DNA of 64,000 bases from an uncultured Methanomassiliicoccaceae archaeon (lineage in GTDB: Archaea > Thermoplasmatota > Thermoplasmata > Methanomassiliicoccales > JACIVX01): assembly GCA_964544915.1 (NCBI GenBank), contig CAZJDY010000020.1:69532-133531 (forward strand). Reading direction: 5' to 3'. The notes below the pieces were generated by a model, which was not told the origin of the DNA, made no database searches, and worked only from the letters and a program-made list of their open reading frames with translations. A program made the position numbers and the translations under genes. Of this stretch, positions 55,163-64,000 are shown piece after piece (the stretch's first letter is position 1; each line of letters opens with the position of its first letter).

Positions 55163-56065
55163 ATGTACGAAATCCGATTCCACGGTAGGGGCGGGCAGGG
55201 CGCTGTCATGGCCGCGCAAGCCCTCGCCGAGGCCGCGGTGCTCGAAGGCTATCATGCTCAGGCATTTCCGTATTTCGGAGCGGAAAGGAGGGGCGCCCCG
55301 GTCCGAGCCTTCGCAAGGATCGATAAGATGAAAATAAGCATGAAGTCGCAGATCTACGAGCCCGACATACTCGTCATCCTGGACGAGTCCCTTCTGGATA
55401 TCGAGCCGGTCGCCGAGGGTCTGAAGCCCGGCGGTAGAGCTGTGATAAACTCCGCAAAGCCCCCAGAGGAGATCGATCTGGGAATGGAGGTGCAATGTGC
55501 ATCCGTCGACGCGACGACGATCGCCCTCGAGACGATCAAAGCGCCCATAGTCAATACCTCAATTCTCGGCGCTTTCGCCAAGATAGAGGACATCGTCCCA
55601 TTGGAATCGATACTGAACGCGATCATGAACAGGTTCGGGGAGAAGCTAGGGCACCAGGCCGGGGTGATGAACTCCGAGGCCGCCAGGCTGGCATATGAGA
55701 GAACGGTCGTGGGACGATGCAAGGGAACGAGGCGGCTGGTGGAGAAGAAGCAGTGGCTGCCGACCTGGAATGAACTGCCGCCCGGCACCGCCCTCCCTGT
55801 GATGACGATCGATGGAGTGGACGTCGGTCCGGGAAGCGCATGGCAGAACTTCACCGGGACGTGGCGGACGAGCACACCGAAGTACGACAAGGAGAAGTGC
55901 ATCCGATGCCTGAGATGCTGGTTCTCCTGCCCCGAGGGATGCATCGACAGGCTGGATGACGATTACGAGAAGTGGGACTACCGGTACTGCAAAGGGTGCG
56001 GCATATGCGCGAACGTCTGTCCTGTCAACGCTATTGAGATGGTCAGGGGGGTGCACGAATGGTGA
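55163..56065 (+). CDS. 2-oxoacid:ferredoxin oxidoreductase gamma subunit fused to the delta (2x[4Fe-4S] ferredoxin) subunit
   Basis: N-terminal RFHGRGGQGAVMAAQ (gamma). The C-terminus has CIRCLRCWFSCP and CKGCGICANVCP (delta). Substrate (pyruvate or branched 2-oxoacids) not resolvable by eye. Confidence 0.85.
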   Translation: MYEIRFHGRGGQGAVMAAQALAEAAVLEGYHAQAFPYFGAERRGAPVRAFARIDKMKISMKSQIYEPDILVILDESLLDIEPVAEGLKPGGRAVINSAKPPEEIDLGMEVQCASVDATTIALETIKAPIVNTSILGAFAKIEDIVPLESILNAIMNRFGEKLGHQAGVMNSEAARLAYERTVVGRCKGTRRLVEKKQWLPTWNELPPGTALPVMTIDGVDVGPGSAWQNFTGTWRTSTPKYDKEKCIRCLRCWFSCPEGCIDRLDDDYEKWDYRYCKGCGICANVCPVNAIEMVRGVHEW

Positions 56066-57234
56066 TGAAGGTGATGAGCGCCGATCATGCCGTGGCACAC
56101 GGCGCCCGACTCGCTAGGGTAGAGGTAATCCCTGCGTTTCCAATCACGCCCCAGACCTTGATAGTCGAGCTTCTTTCTGAGTTCATAAACGACGGGGAGC
56201 TTGACGCCGACTTCATGCCGGTCGAGAGCGAGCACAGCGCGATGAGCGCGGCAATCGGCGCCTCCGCAGGCGGGGTGAGGACCTTCACCGCCACGTCGTC
56301 TCAGGGTCTTGCGTTGATGCACGAAATGCTGTACGCGGCCCCGCACAACCGTCTGCCCGTGGTCATGGCCAACGTCAACCGCAGTCTCGGTGCTGCATCG
56401 GGCATCTGGTTGGAGTACAACGATTCGATGCCAGAGAGGGAGTCTGGTTGGTTGCAGGTATACATAGAGGACAACCAGGAGGCGCTGGACATGATCATTC
56501 AGGCGTACCGGATCGGAGAGGATAGGGGTGTCATGCTGCCGATAATGGTCTGTCTGGACGGGTTCGTGCTCTCGCACACCGTGGAGCGCGTCGACCTGCC
56601 GGACCAGGATCTCGTGGACAAGTTCCTGCCCAAGTTCTCACCGCTGGACGCCCTCGACTCAGAGAGTCCGAAGACCTTCAACGCCATCACTCCCCCCGAG
56701 TACGCGATGGAGATGAGATACCGTCTCGAGAGGGCGATAGAGGATTCAATTGCCGTGATAGAGGATGTCGATTCGGAATACGGTCAGATGACTGGGAGGA
56801 GATACGGTGGGCTTCTTGACACCTACAGGATGGAGGATGCCGATATCGCCATGATGACCCTCGGCACGGCGACCAGTACCGCGAAGGTCGTCGTGGACCG
56901 ACTGAACGAGAAAGGGAAGAAGGTCGGACTGATCAAGCTCAGGTTCATGCGTCCCTTCCCGGGGAAGGAACTGCTCGAGATCACGAAGGACCTGAAAGGT
57001 CTCGGAGTGTTCGACAGGTCGATATCCTTCAACGGCTTCGGCCCTGTGTTCACAGAGACAAGGAACGCGCTCCATTCCGCCCAGTTCCCGATTACGAACC
57101 ACATCGCCGGTCTCGGTGGTAGGGACATCACCTTCGAAGAGGTGAAGGGAATGTTCGATGTCGTCGAGAAGAGCGCGAGGGGCGAGAGCATCAAGGAATG
57201 TAACTGGCACGGACTGAGGGGGGTGACGTTGTGA
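56059..57234 (+). CDS. porA: 2-oxoacid (pyruvate-type):ferredoxin oxidoreductase alpha subunit
   Basis: 391 aa. AFPITPQT, EHSAMSAAIGAS.AG.R.FTATSSQGL. Start overlaps the upstream stop. Confidence 0.85.
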   Translation: MVMKVMSADHAVAHGARLARVEVIPAFPITPQTLIVELLSEFINDGELDADFMPVESEHSAMSAAIGASAGGVRTFTATSSQGLALMHEMLYAAPHNRLPVVMANVNRSLGAASGIWLEYNDSMPERESGWLQVYIEDNQEALDMIIQAYRIGEDRGVMLPIMVCLDGFVLSHTVERVDLPDQDLVDKFLPKFSPLDALDSESPKTFNAITPPEYAMEMRYRLERAIEDSIAVIEDVDSEYGQMTGRRYGGLLDTYRMEDADIAMMTLGTATSTAKVVVDRLNEKGKKVGLIKLRFMRPFPGKELLEITKDLKGLGVFDRSISFNGFGPVFTETRNALHSAQFPITNHIAGLGGRDITFEEVKGMFDVVEKSARGESIKECNWHGLRGVTL

Positions 57235-58202
57235 GCGACCAGCAGATGAAGACGATCAAGGACATGCCGCGCGAGGACTACTTCGTGCGAGGACATGGGG
57301 CATGTCCAGGGTGCGGAGTTGCGATCGCCGTGAAGAACATCGCAAGGATCCTAGGACCCGACGCAACTGTCTACGTGCCGGCGAGCTGTCTCATCGTCTT
57401 TGGCTCATTGTACCCGACCGCCGCGTTCAAGTGGCCGTTCCTTTACACCGCTTTCGAGAACACTGGCGCAGTCATCTCAGGAATAAAAGCGGCATACCGA
57501 AGGAGGGGAAAGGAGACGACCGTGGTCGGGATGGCCGGAGATGGAGGGACGTTCGACATCGGTCTTCAGGCCTTGTCAGGCGCAGCGGACAGGAACGAGG
57601 ACGTCATTTACGTATGCTTGGATAACGAGGCATACATGAACACTGGCATTCAGAGGAGTAGCGCCACGCCTTTCGGGGCATGGACGACAACAAGCCCGGT
57701 CGGGAAGAAGATTCAAGGCAAGAGGGAGTTCAAGAAGGACCTGGGGGCGATCGTCACGGCACATGGCATCCCGTACATGGCGACGCTTTCGATAGCTCAC
57801 TTCAATGATTTCTTGAAGAAGGTCCAGAGGGCGAAGGAGGTCAAGGGGTTCAGGTTCCTGCATGTCCTGACTCCGTGCGTTCCAGGGTGGAGATCCGAGG
57901 CGGCGAAGAGTGTCGCCATTGCGAGATTGGCCGTGGAGACTGGGATGTGGACCCTTTACGAGGTCGACCACGGCGAGGACAGGCTGACCTACAAGCCCAA
58001 GATGATGGTGCCGGTCAAGGAGTACCTCCAGCTGCAGGGACGATTCAGGCACATGAGCGAGGAGGACATAAAGAGGCTCCAGGCCTGGATATGCGAGAAG
58101 TGGAAGCACCACTACTACGAGGAGATACCGGTGCCGCCGTGTGAGCTCGAGAAGGGCAAGAAGGAACTGATAACGGACGAGGACCCGTTGCACGGCGTCT
58201 GA
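57231..58202 (+). CDS. porB: 2-oxoacid (pyruvate-type):ferredoxin oxidoreductase beta subunit (ThDP and Fe-S binding)
   Basis: GHGACPGCG, GDGGTFDIGLQALSGA, and CLDNEAYMNTGIQRS motifs. GTG start overlaps the porA stop. Confidence 0.85.
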   Translation: MSDQQMKTIKDMPREDYFVRGHGACPGCGVAIAVKNIARILGPDATVYVPASCLIVFGSLYPTAAFKWPFLYTAFENTGAVISGIKAAYRRRGKETTVVGMAGDGGTFDIGLQALSGAADRNEDVIYVCLDNEAYMNTGIQRSSATPFGAWTTTSPVGKKIQGKREFKKDLGAIVTAHGIPYMATLSIAHFNDFLKKVQRAKEVKGFRFLHVLTPCVPGWRSEAAKSVAIARLAVETGMWTLYEVDHGEDRLTYKPKMMVPVKEYLQLQGRFRHMSEEDIKRLQAWICEKWKHHYYEEIPVPPCELEKGKKELITDEDPLHGV

Positions 58203-58246
58203 TGTTGCGGCGCCAGTATTTTGGTGGAATCTAGCGTCAGGATTAA

Positions 58247-58897
58247 GTGGCTATGTCGGTATCTTGGTCGCTCGTGGGAAGCAAGGAATATTTCGACAGG
58301 GTCGCGAAGCGATGGGATGAGATGAGGGCCGGCTTCTTCTCCGAATCGTTGAGGGAGCGGGCCTTCGCCGTGGCTGGCGTAGAGTCTGGAAGGACTGCTG
58401 TAGACGTTGGTGCGGGCAGCGGGTTCATCACCGAGGGTTTGGTCGGGAGAGGTCTCTCTGTGATCGCTGTGGACCAGTCAGAAGCCATGTTGGGCGAGCT
58501 GAAGAGAAAGCTCGCGAGCCGTGGTAAGATCGATTGCAGGGTCGGGGACGCGATGATGTTGCCGCTCCCGAGCAGCTCAGTAGATTATGCCTTCGCCAAC
58601 ATGTGTCTTCATCACGTCGACTCTCCTGCTCGTGCTATCAAGGAGATGGCCAGGGTGGTGAAATCTAGAGGAAAGGTCGTAATAACCGATCTTGAGGAGC
58701 ATGATTTCGGTTTCCTCAGAGAGGAATGCCACGACCAGTGGTTGGGGTTCAAGAAAGAATATGTGAGAAGGTGGCTGAAGGGTGCAGGATTGAAAGGAGT
58801 CTCCGTCCGAAGCACATGCGATAGGTGCTGCGCCGCCTCAAGGTGCGGATGTGACATAGCCTCCGTCGGCATTTTCGTTGCGGTCGGAGAAAAATGA
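58247..58897 (+). CDS. Class I SAM-dependent methyltransferase with a Cys-rich C-terminal tail
   Basis: Motif I VDVGAGSGF, and post-I/II regions. The tail is CDRCCAASRCGCD. Confidence 0.7.
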   Translation: MAMSVSWSLVGSKEYFDRVAKRWDEMRAGFFSESLRERAFAVAGVESGRTAVDVGAGSGFITEGLVGRGLSVIAVDQSEAMLGELKRKLASRGKIDCRVGDAMMLPLPSSSVDYAFANMCLHHVDSPARAIKEMARVVKSRGKVVITDLEEHDFGFLREECHDQWLGFKKEYVRRWLKGAGLKGVSVRSTCDRCCAASRCGCDIASVGIFVAVGEK

Positions 58898-58995
58898 TCG
58901 CGAGATCCTATTCACTCTCTCGGAGAGATCCGCACTCCGTCCGTTTGGCCAGCATCGCGTTGTCATCGCGAATATCTGGCAGTCCGGAACAAAGC

Positions 58996-59003
58996 TTTTA
59001 TAT
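58996..59003 (+). promoter_or_regulatory. TATA box (TTTTATAT) with an upstream A-rich BRE-like sequence for the rpl7ae-rps28e-rpl24e-ndk operon
   Basis: The best TATA match seen in the window. It lies 81 nt upstream of the L7Ae ATG, implying a leader of about 55-60 nt. Confidence 0.5.
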
Positions 59004-59031
59004 CACTACTACTTTGTGCTCGTTTGCTCTT

Positions 59032-59050
59032 CTGAGCCCATGAATGATGA
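59032..59050 (+). promoter_or_regulatory. Candidate K-loop (box D'-like CUGA, 9 nt, box C'-like AUGAUGA) in the L7Ae 5' leader
   Basis: CUGA at 59032-59035 and AUGAUGA at 59044-59050. These are followed by the hairpin CGAUG/CAUCG (59051-55 / 59063-67) and the SD GGAGG (59071-75). Confidence 0.4.
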
Positions 59051-59083
59051 CGATGTGCACAACATCGGAAGGAGGTATTCACA

Positions 59084-59455
59084 ATGGCAAAGCCAATTTA
59101 TGTTCGGTTTGAGATGCCGAAGGAACTCCAGGATAAAGCTTACGAGATCGTTGAGGTTGCAAGGGACACTGGGAAGGTCAAGAAAGGGTCCAACGAGGTA
59201 ACGAAGTTGGTCGAGCGAGGCGAGGCGGTTCTGGTCGTCATGGCCGAGGATGTACAGCCTCCGGAGATACTCGCTCATCTCCCGTTTCTGTGCGAGGAGA
59301 GGAACATTGCTTACGCTTACGTTCCAAGCAAGGCCGAGTTGGGCAACGCTTCTGGCCTTGAGAAGCCCACGGCCGCGGTAGCGATCATCGATATCGGCAA
59401 AGGCAAGCCGCTGCTCGAAAACCTCAACGAGCAGGTGAAGAAGCTGAAGAAGTAG
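59084..59455 (+). CDS. rpl7ae: Ribosomal protein L7Ae (K-turn binding)
   Basis: [52 protein letters not shown]. Confidence 0.9.
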   Translation: MAKPIYVRFEMPKELQDKAYEIVEVARDTGKVKKGSNEVTKLVERGEAVLVVMAEDVQPPEILAHLPFLCEERNIAYAYVPSKAELGNASGLEKPTAAVAIIDIGKGKPLLENLNEQVKKLKK

Positions 59456-59464
59456 GTGCAGTAA

Positions 59465-59677
59465 ATGGCAGATGATGAGAGCATATCCTCAGAGGTCGTC
59501 GAGGTCATCGGGAGGACCGGGATGACCGGTGAGGCCACCCAGGTGAAGGTCCGAGTACTGGAAGGCCGGGACAAGGGAAGGATCATCACCAGGAACATCA
59601 TGGGCCCGGTGCGCTTGGGCGACATTCTCATGCTGAGGGAAACATCCAGAGAAGCTCGGAAGCTCTCTATCAGGTGA
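59465..59677 (+). CDS. rps28e: Ribosomal protein S28e
   Basis: 70 aa. [47 protein letters not shown]. Confidence 0.9.
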   Translation: MADDESISSEVVEVIGRTGMTGEATQVKVRVLEGRDKGRIITRNIMGPVRLGDILMLRETSREARKLSIR

Positions 59678-59699
59678 GCGCCGGTACAGAGGTGCGTCC

Positions 59700-60068
59700 A
59701 TGGTCGAGCGAAAGATTTGTTCATTTTGCGGGAATGAGATCGAACCGGGCACTGGAAAGATGTACGTCAAGAAGGACGGCACGATCTACTCATTCTGTAC
59801 ACACAAGTGCTACGAGAATATGATACAGCTAAGGCGGGTCCCGAGGAGAACACTCTGGACCAGGCATGCTAGGAAGGAGAGGATCGGACCTTCCAAGGAA
59901 GTCTTCCCCGCTCCCGAGGAAGCTCCGGCCGAGGAGCCGAAAGTAGAAACGAAAGAGGCAGAGAAGCCCGAGGCCCCGAAGGAAGGCGAGACGGAGAAGC
60001 CTGCGAAGAAGGCGAGAAAGGTCAAGAAGGCAGCCCCGTCCGAAGGGAAGCAGAAGGCTGAGAGGTGA
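59700..60068 (+). CDS. rpl24e: Ribosomal protein L24e with a long Lys/Glu/Pro/Ala-rich C-terminal extension
   Basis: The N-terminal 60 aa or so ([35 protein letters not shown]) form the L24e zinc-ribbon core. The remaining 55 aa or so are low-complexity KE-rich sequence. Confidence 0.85.
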   Translation: MVERKICSFCGNEIEPGTGKMYVKKDGTIYSFCTHKCYENMIQLRRVPRRTLWTRHARKERIGPSKEVFPAPEEAPAEEPKVETKEAEKPEAPKEGETEKPAKKARKVKKAAPSEGKQKAER

Positions 60069-60075
60069 GTCCGAC

Positions 60076-60528
60076 ATGATCGAGCGCACGTTTGTGATGC
60101 TCAAACCTGACGCTATCCAGCGCGGTCTGATGGGCGAGATCGTCGAGCGTCTTGAGGCCAGGGGCTTCAAACCCGTCGCTATGAAGCTAATGCACATCCC
60201 GAAGGAGCTCGCCGAGCGGCACTACGCCGAGCATAAGGGCAAGAGCTTCTTCCCAACACTCGTGGAGTACATAACCTCAGGGCCTGTCCTGTGCATGGTC
60301 TGGGATGGGGAGAACATCATAATGGCTCTCCGGAGCATGATGGGCAAGACGAACCCTCAGGACGCAGCGCCTGGGACGATCAGAGGGGATCTGGCGCAGC
60401 ACACGGGTCGCAACATCATCCATGGTTCTGATTCTCCCGAGTCCGCCAAAAGGGAGATCGGTCTGTTCTTCAACGACTACGAGCTCCAGGAGCACAAGAG
60501 GTCAATCGACCCCTGGCTCTTCGAATGA
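60076..60528 (+). CDS. ndk: Nucleoside-diphosphate kinase
   Basis: [16 protein letters not shown] and NIIHGSDS (catalytic His). Confidence 0.9.
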   Translation: MIERTFVMLKPDAIQRGLMGEIVERLEARGFKPVAMKLMHIPKELAERHYAEHKGKSFFPTLVEYITSGPVLCMVWDGENIIMALRSMMGKTNPQDAAPGTIRGDLAQHTGRNIIHGSDSPESAKREIGLFFNDYELQEHKRSIDPWLFE

Positions 60529-60665
60529 TCGTTTTCAGTCTATTTCCTTCTCTTCTTTCATCTTATTCTGCGTCATAGTAGACCTGCCGCACGATTCTTG
60601 AAATCAGAGGGTGAGCATAATCGTCCAGATGTCGGGCTAAGAAAAATACTAATAAGCACTCCCTC

Positions 60666-62426
60666 ATGCGATACGCGATGGCGATTAGACAGCCCATAGT
60701 GAGCGTACTAGGTCACGTCGACCACGGCAAGACCAGTCTGCTCGATTACATCAGGGGCAGCACTGTGGTCGAGAGGGAGGCGGGTCTGATCACGCAGCAC
60801 ATCGGGGCGACGGAGGTCCGGATCGAGCACATCTACGAGGTCTGTGCGGACCTCATAGGTGAAAAGAAGTTCTCCGTCCCAGGATTGCTTTTCATTGACA
60901 CGCCGGGCCATCAGTCTTTTACATCCCTTAGAGCGAGAGGAGGCTCCCTGGCGGACCTTGCGGTCCTGGTCGTCGACGTAAGGGAGGGCATGAAACCTCA
61001 GACGGTCGAATCTCTGAGCATCCTTAAACGGTTCAAGACGCCGTTCGTTGTGGCTTTGAACAAGATCGACCTGATACCTGGTTGGATCTCCCATCCCGAC
61101 AAGCCATTTGTGCCGTCTCTGAGAGATCAGAATGAGGACGTGAAGGAGGAACTGGACAACAGTCTATACAGCTTGTCCGCCAGGCTCCATCATGAGGGCA
61201 TATCTGGGGAGAGATACGATCGGATCGATGACTTCACGAAGAATTTCGCCATAGTGCCTGTCAGCGCGAAGACCGGGGAAGGGGTCCCGGACCTACTTCT
61301 TGTCCTAATCGGTCTAGCACAGCGCTTCCTTGAGAGCGAGTTGAACACGGAGGAGGGTCCTGGAAGAGGCACGATCCTCGAGGTCAAGGAGGAGCGCGGT
61401 CTGGGACCGGCGTTAGATGTCATAGTCTATTCTGGGACTCTAGCCAGGGGAGACACCGTGGCTCTCGGGACTACCTCGAAACCACTAGTGACAAAGGTGA
61501 AGGCGGTCCTGAAGCCCAGGCCTCTGGACGAGATAAGGGATCCAAGGGAGAAATTCGACTCGGTCAAGGCGGTCTCCGCCGCCGCGGGCGTGAAAGTGAT
61601 CTGTCAGAGCCTGGAAGGCGTCGTCGCTGGGGCTCCCCTGAAGGTCATCATGGGGGACAAGGACGCGGTCCTGAAGGAGATCGAGGAAGAGACGAGACTG
61701 AGCATCCCCACGAACGAGACAGGAATCATGATCAAGGCCGATGCGATTGGGTCCCTCGAGGCCTTGGCATACGAAGCGCAGAATGTGAACATTCCGATAA
61801 AGAAGTTCGAGGTCGGTGCGATATCCAGGAGGGACATCGTCGAGGCTTCCTCGTACACCGATCCTCTTCACAAGGTGATATTCGGCTTCAACGTCGACGT
61901 GCTTCCTGAGGTTAGGGAAGCTGTTCTAACCTATGGGACGAAGGTGTTCACGAACGACGTCCTCTACAGGCTCTTCGAGGACTACCAGAAGTGGGTCGAG
62001 GAACAGAAAAGGGACATTGAGACATCGAAGCGTTCGAAGTTCGCGTTTCCAGGCAAGGTCAAGATCCTTCCCAACTGCGTATTCCGGGTCAGCAAGCCCG
62101 CGATCGTAGGGGTGAGGGTCCTTTCTGGAAGGATCCGCCCAGGTCAGACGCTGATCTCTGTTGACGGCCGCGAGGTTGGCAAGATCAGAAGCATAAGGTC
62201 CGGCGAGGATGCGCTGAGAGAGGCGATAATGGGAGCCGAAGTCGCCATCGGGATTGAGGGCGCCACCGTCGGGAGACAAATAAATGTCGAGGACATCCTT
62301 TATGTTGAGATTCCCGAATCGAGGGTGAAGGATCTCGAGAACTTCGAGCTAAACGCTGACGAAAGGATGACCCTCGAGGAACTGCTGAGGATCAAAAGGA
62401 AAGACGACCGCTTCTGGGGGATGTAG
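60666..62426 (+). CDS. infB: Translation initiation factor aIF5B (IF2-type GTPase)
   Basis: G1 [28 protein letters not shown]. 586 aa. The start may be ATG 60678. Confidence 0.9.
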   Translation: MRYAMAIRQPIVSVLGHVDHGKTSLLDYIRGSTVVEREAGLITQHIGATEVRIEHIYEVCADLIGEKKFSVPGLLFIDTPGHQSFTSLRARGGSLADLAVLVVDVREGMKPQTVESLSILKRFKTPFVVALNKIDLIPGWISHPDKPFVPSLRDQNEDVKEELDNSLYSLSARLHHEGISGERYDRIDDFTKNFAIVPVSAKTGEGVPDLLLVLIGLAQRFLESELNTEEGPGRGTILEVKEERGLGPALDVIVYSGTLARGDTVALGTTSKPLVTKVKAVLKPRPLDEIRDPREKFDSVKAVSAAAGVKVICQSLEGVVAGAPLKVIMGDKDAVLKEIEEETRLSIPTNETGIMIKADAIGSLEALAYEAQNVNIPIKKFEVGAISRRDIVEASSYTDPLHKVIFGFNVDVLPEVREAVLTYGTKVFTNDVLYRLFEDYQKWVEEQKRDIETSKRSKFAFPGKVKILPNCVFRVSKPAIVGVRVLSGRIRPGQTLISVDGREVGKIRSIRSGEDALREAIMGAEVAIGIEGATVGRQINVEDILYVEIPESRVKDLENFELNADERMTLEELLRIKRKDDRFWGM

Positions 62427-62550
62427 AGGTCGCGACACCTGCAAAGGATAGCCCCCGATTGCTTGATTCAGGCGATTGTCTGGCGTCTGGTCATTCACCA
62501 AAAGTTATTTAACGGGAACTACATTAGGGCCATACTCACAGGTGTTTGGA

Positions 62551-62943
62551 ATGGTTGAATTCAAGGCTGTGATCAACGACGTCAAAAGCGGTAAGTCGTA
62601 CCAGGTCTCCGTCTCGGGCCATCACGCGAATTCTCTCATTGGCAGAAAGATCGGCGACGTGGTGGATGGAATATTCGTCGGTCTTCCGGGATACAAGCTC
62701 ATGATCACCGGAGGCAGCGACAAGGACGGATTCCCGATGAGGCACGATCTTCCAGGACCTAGGAGGACCAAGATCCTCTTGTCCAAGGGCATTGGCTTCA
62801 AGTCGACCGAGAAGGGATTGAGGGCCAAGAAGATGGTTAGGGGAAACACCATCTCGCCTGAGACCGTTCAGATCAACATGAAGGTCAAAGCCCAGGGATC
62901 CAAGTCCATCGAGAATCTGATTAAGAAAGAGGAAACCAAATGA
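62551..62943 (+). CDS. rps6e: Ribosomal protein S6e
   Basis: Start moved to ATG 62551, with AGGTG upstream. [13 protein letters not shown] motif. Confidence 0.85.
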   Translation: MVEFKAVINDVKSGKSYQVSVSGHHANSLIGRKIGDVVDGIFVGLPGYKLMITGGSDKDGFPMRHDLPGPRRTKILLSKGIGFKSTEKGLRAKKMVRGNTISPETVQINMKVKAQGSKSIENLIKKEETK

Positions 62944-64000
62944 AGGTTCCGGAGCAGCCTGAGATCAACATCGGGATGATAGGTCATGTCGACCACGGGA
63001 AGACCACTCTGACCAAGGCGTTAAGCGGGGAGTGGACCGACCGGCATTCCGAAGAGATCAAGCGAGGCATCTCCATACGATTGGGCTACGCGGACGTTGC
63101 GTTCTACAAGTGCCCCGACTGCGATTCTCCGAAGGCATACACGAACGAGCCAACATGCAAGGAGTGCGGCGGAAAGGCGGAATTCTTGAGGGCGGTATCG
63201 TTCGTCGACGCGCCAGGCCACGAGACCCTGATGGCAACGATGCTGTCGGGTGCGGCGATGATGCACGGCGCCCTTCTTCTGATAGCGGCGAACGAGCCTT
63301 GCCCCCAGCCTCAGACGAAAGAGCATCTGATGGCGCTGACAATAATCGGTGTCGACAAGATTATCATCGTCCAAAACAAGATCGACCTGGTCAGCAGGGA
63401 GGAAGCCCTGGAGAACTACCGTCAGATCAAGGCCTTCGTGAAGGGCACGATAGCCGAGAACGCACCAATCATACCGGTCTCAGCGCATCACGATGTGAAC
63501 ATCGACAAGCTGATCGAAGCGATAGAGACCTACATACCCTCGCTGAAGTTCAACTCGAAGAAGCAGTCGAGGATGTACGTGGCCAGATCGTTTGATATCA
63601 ACACTCCTGGATCGTCTCCGGAGACTCTCAAGGGAGGCGTCCTTGGCGGGACGCTGATGCAAGGCATCCTCCAGATAGGGGATGAGATTGAGGTGAGCCC
63701 GGGGAGAAAGGTGGAGAGCGGCGGAAAGGCCAGCTGGGAGCCGATAACGACCACGGTCGAGTCACTACACGCCGGAGGAACTGAGCTGGAGAAGGCGAAG
63801 CCGGGCGGATTGATCGCCATAGGCACGAAGCTTGATCCGGCTCTGACCAAGTCAGATGGACTGACGGGCAGGGTCGTAGGAAAACCAGGGACGCTCCCTC
63901 CGATGCTTCACAAGTTCAAGATGTCGACACATCTCCTTGAAAGGGTCGTAGGCACCGCAGAGGATCTGGCAGTCGAGAACATCAAAACGAACGAGCCGCT
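62940..64000 (+). CDS. eif2g: Translation initiation factor aIF2 gamma subunit (3' end outside window)
   Basis: Not in the ORF track because there is no stop within the window. The ATG overlaps the rps6e stop (ATGA). My own translation gives [19 protein letters not shown], the zinc knuckle CPDC..CKEC, DAPGHE and NKIDL. Confidence 0.9.
   Translation, partial: MKVPEQPEINIGMIGHVDHGKTTLTKALSGEWTDRHSEEIKRGISIRLGYADVAFYKCPDCDSPKAYTNEPTCKECGGKAEFLRAVSFVDAPGHETLMATMLSGAAMMHGALLLIAANEPCPQPQTKEHLMALTIIGVDKIIIVQNKIDLVSREEALENYRQIKAFVKGTIAENAPIIPVSAHHDVNIDKLIEAIETYIPSLKFNSKKQSRMYVARSFDINTPGSSPETLKGGVLGGTLMQGILQIGDEIEVSPGRKVESGGKASWEPITTTVESLHAGGTELEKAKPGGLIAIGTKLDPALTKSDGLTGRVVGKPGTLPPMLHKFKMSTHLLERVVGTAEDLAVENIKTNEP

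Noticed and set aside
1-64000. A scan for CRISPR arrays, rRNA genes, long tandem repeats or reverse-transcriptase/DGR-like elements.
   Set aside because: I saw no regularly spaced repeats and no rRNA-like or RT-like sequences on either strand. The only repetitive coding signal is the diverged TPR array at 17.8-19.5 kb.

Overview
This is an archaeal chromosomal segment. The evidence is two intron-containing tRNAs, aTrm56, Elp3, CDC48/VCP, and the cluster L7Ae-S28e-L24e-NDK-aIF5B-S6e-aIF2gamma. My guess is a Thermoplasmatota-like euryarchaeon, but that is inference and low confidence. Genes are tightly packed, often with ATGA/GTGA start-stop overlaps. Several genes have a TATA-like box about 25-30 nt before the ATG, which suggests leaderless transcripts.

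The core content is housekeeping. It includes three ABC transporters, thioredoxin and thioredoxin reductase, ilvB-ilvN-ilvE, a four-subunit-type 2-oxoacid:ferredoxin oxidoreductase with fused gamma-delta, and translation genes.

The accessory part is a surface-glycan locus from about 29.0 to 47.5 kb. Its right half (about 36.2-48.0 kb) is visibly AT-richer. Hand-counted 60-nt lines fall from 55-60% GC to about 50% and then to 40-43% GC. This half carries two very large AftD-like GT-C membrane glycosyltransferases, one of 1179 aa with a CBM-like jelly-roll and a C-terminal anchor. It also carries three GT2, one GT4 and a sugar-1-P nucleotidyltransferase, next to a Wzx-type flippase and a polyprenol-P-sugar-synthase-like GT2.

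Other points worth a second look:
- Three well-conserved genes have a homologous N-terminus that can only be translated from a near-cognate codon (AUC, AUA, CUG) sitting on or beside an upstream stop codon.
- An RLAN-like / RimK ATP-grasp / GNAT trio resembles a split Ngg-type acetyl-dipeptide synthetase.
- A Zn-ribbon protein is coupled to a protein with a degenerate Mrr-like domain plus TPR repeats.
- The L7Ae 5' leader contains a box D'/C'-like K-loop candidate.
- The ilvB leader has a strong hairpin and an overlapping 8-codon uORF.

I found no rRNA, CRISPR array, integrase or transposase. All homology statements come from reading motifs by eye; no searches were run.
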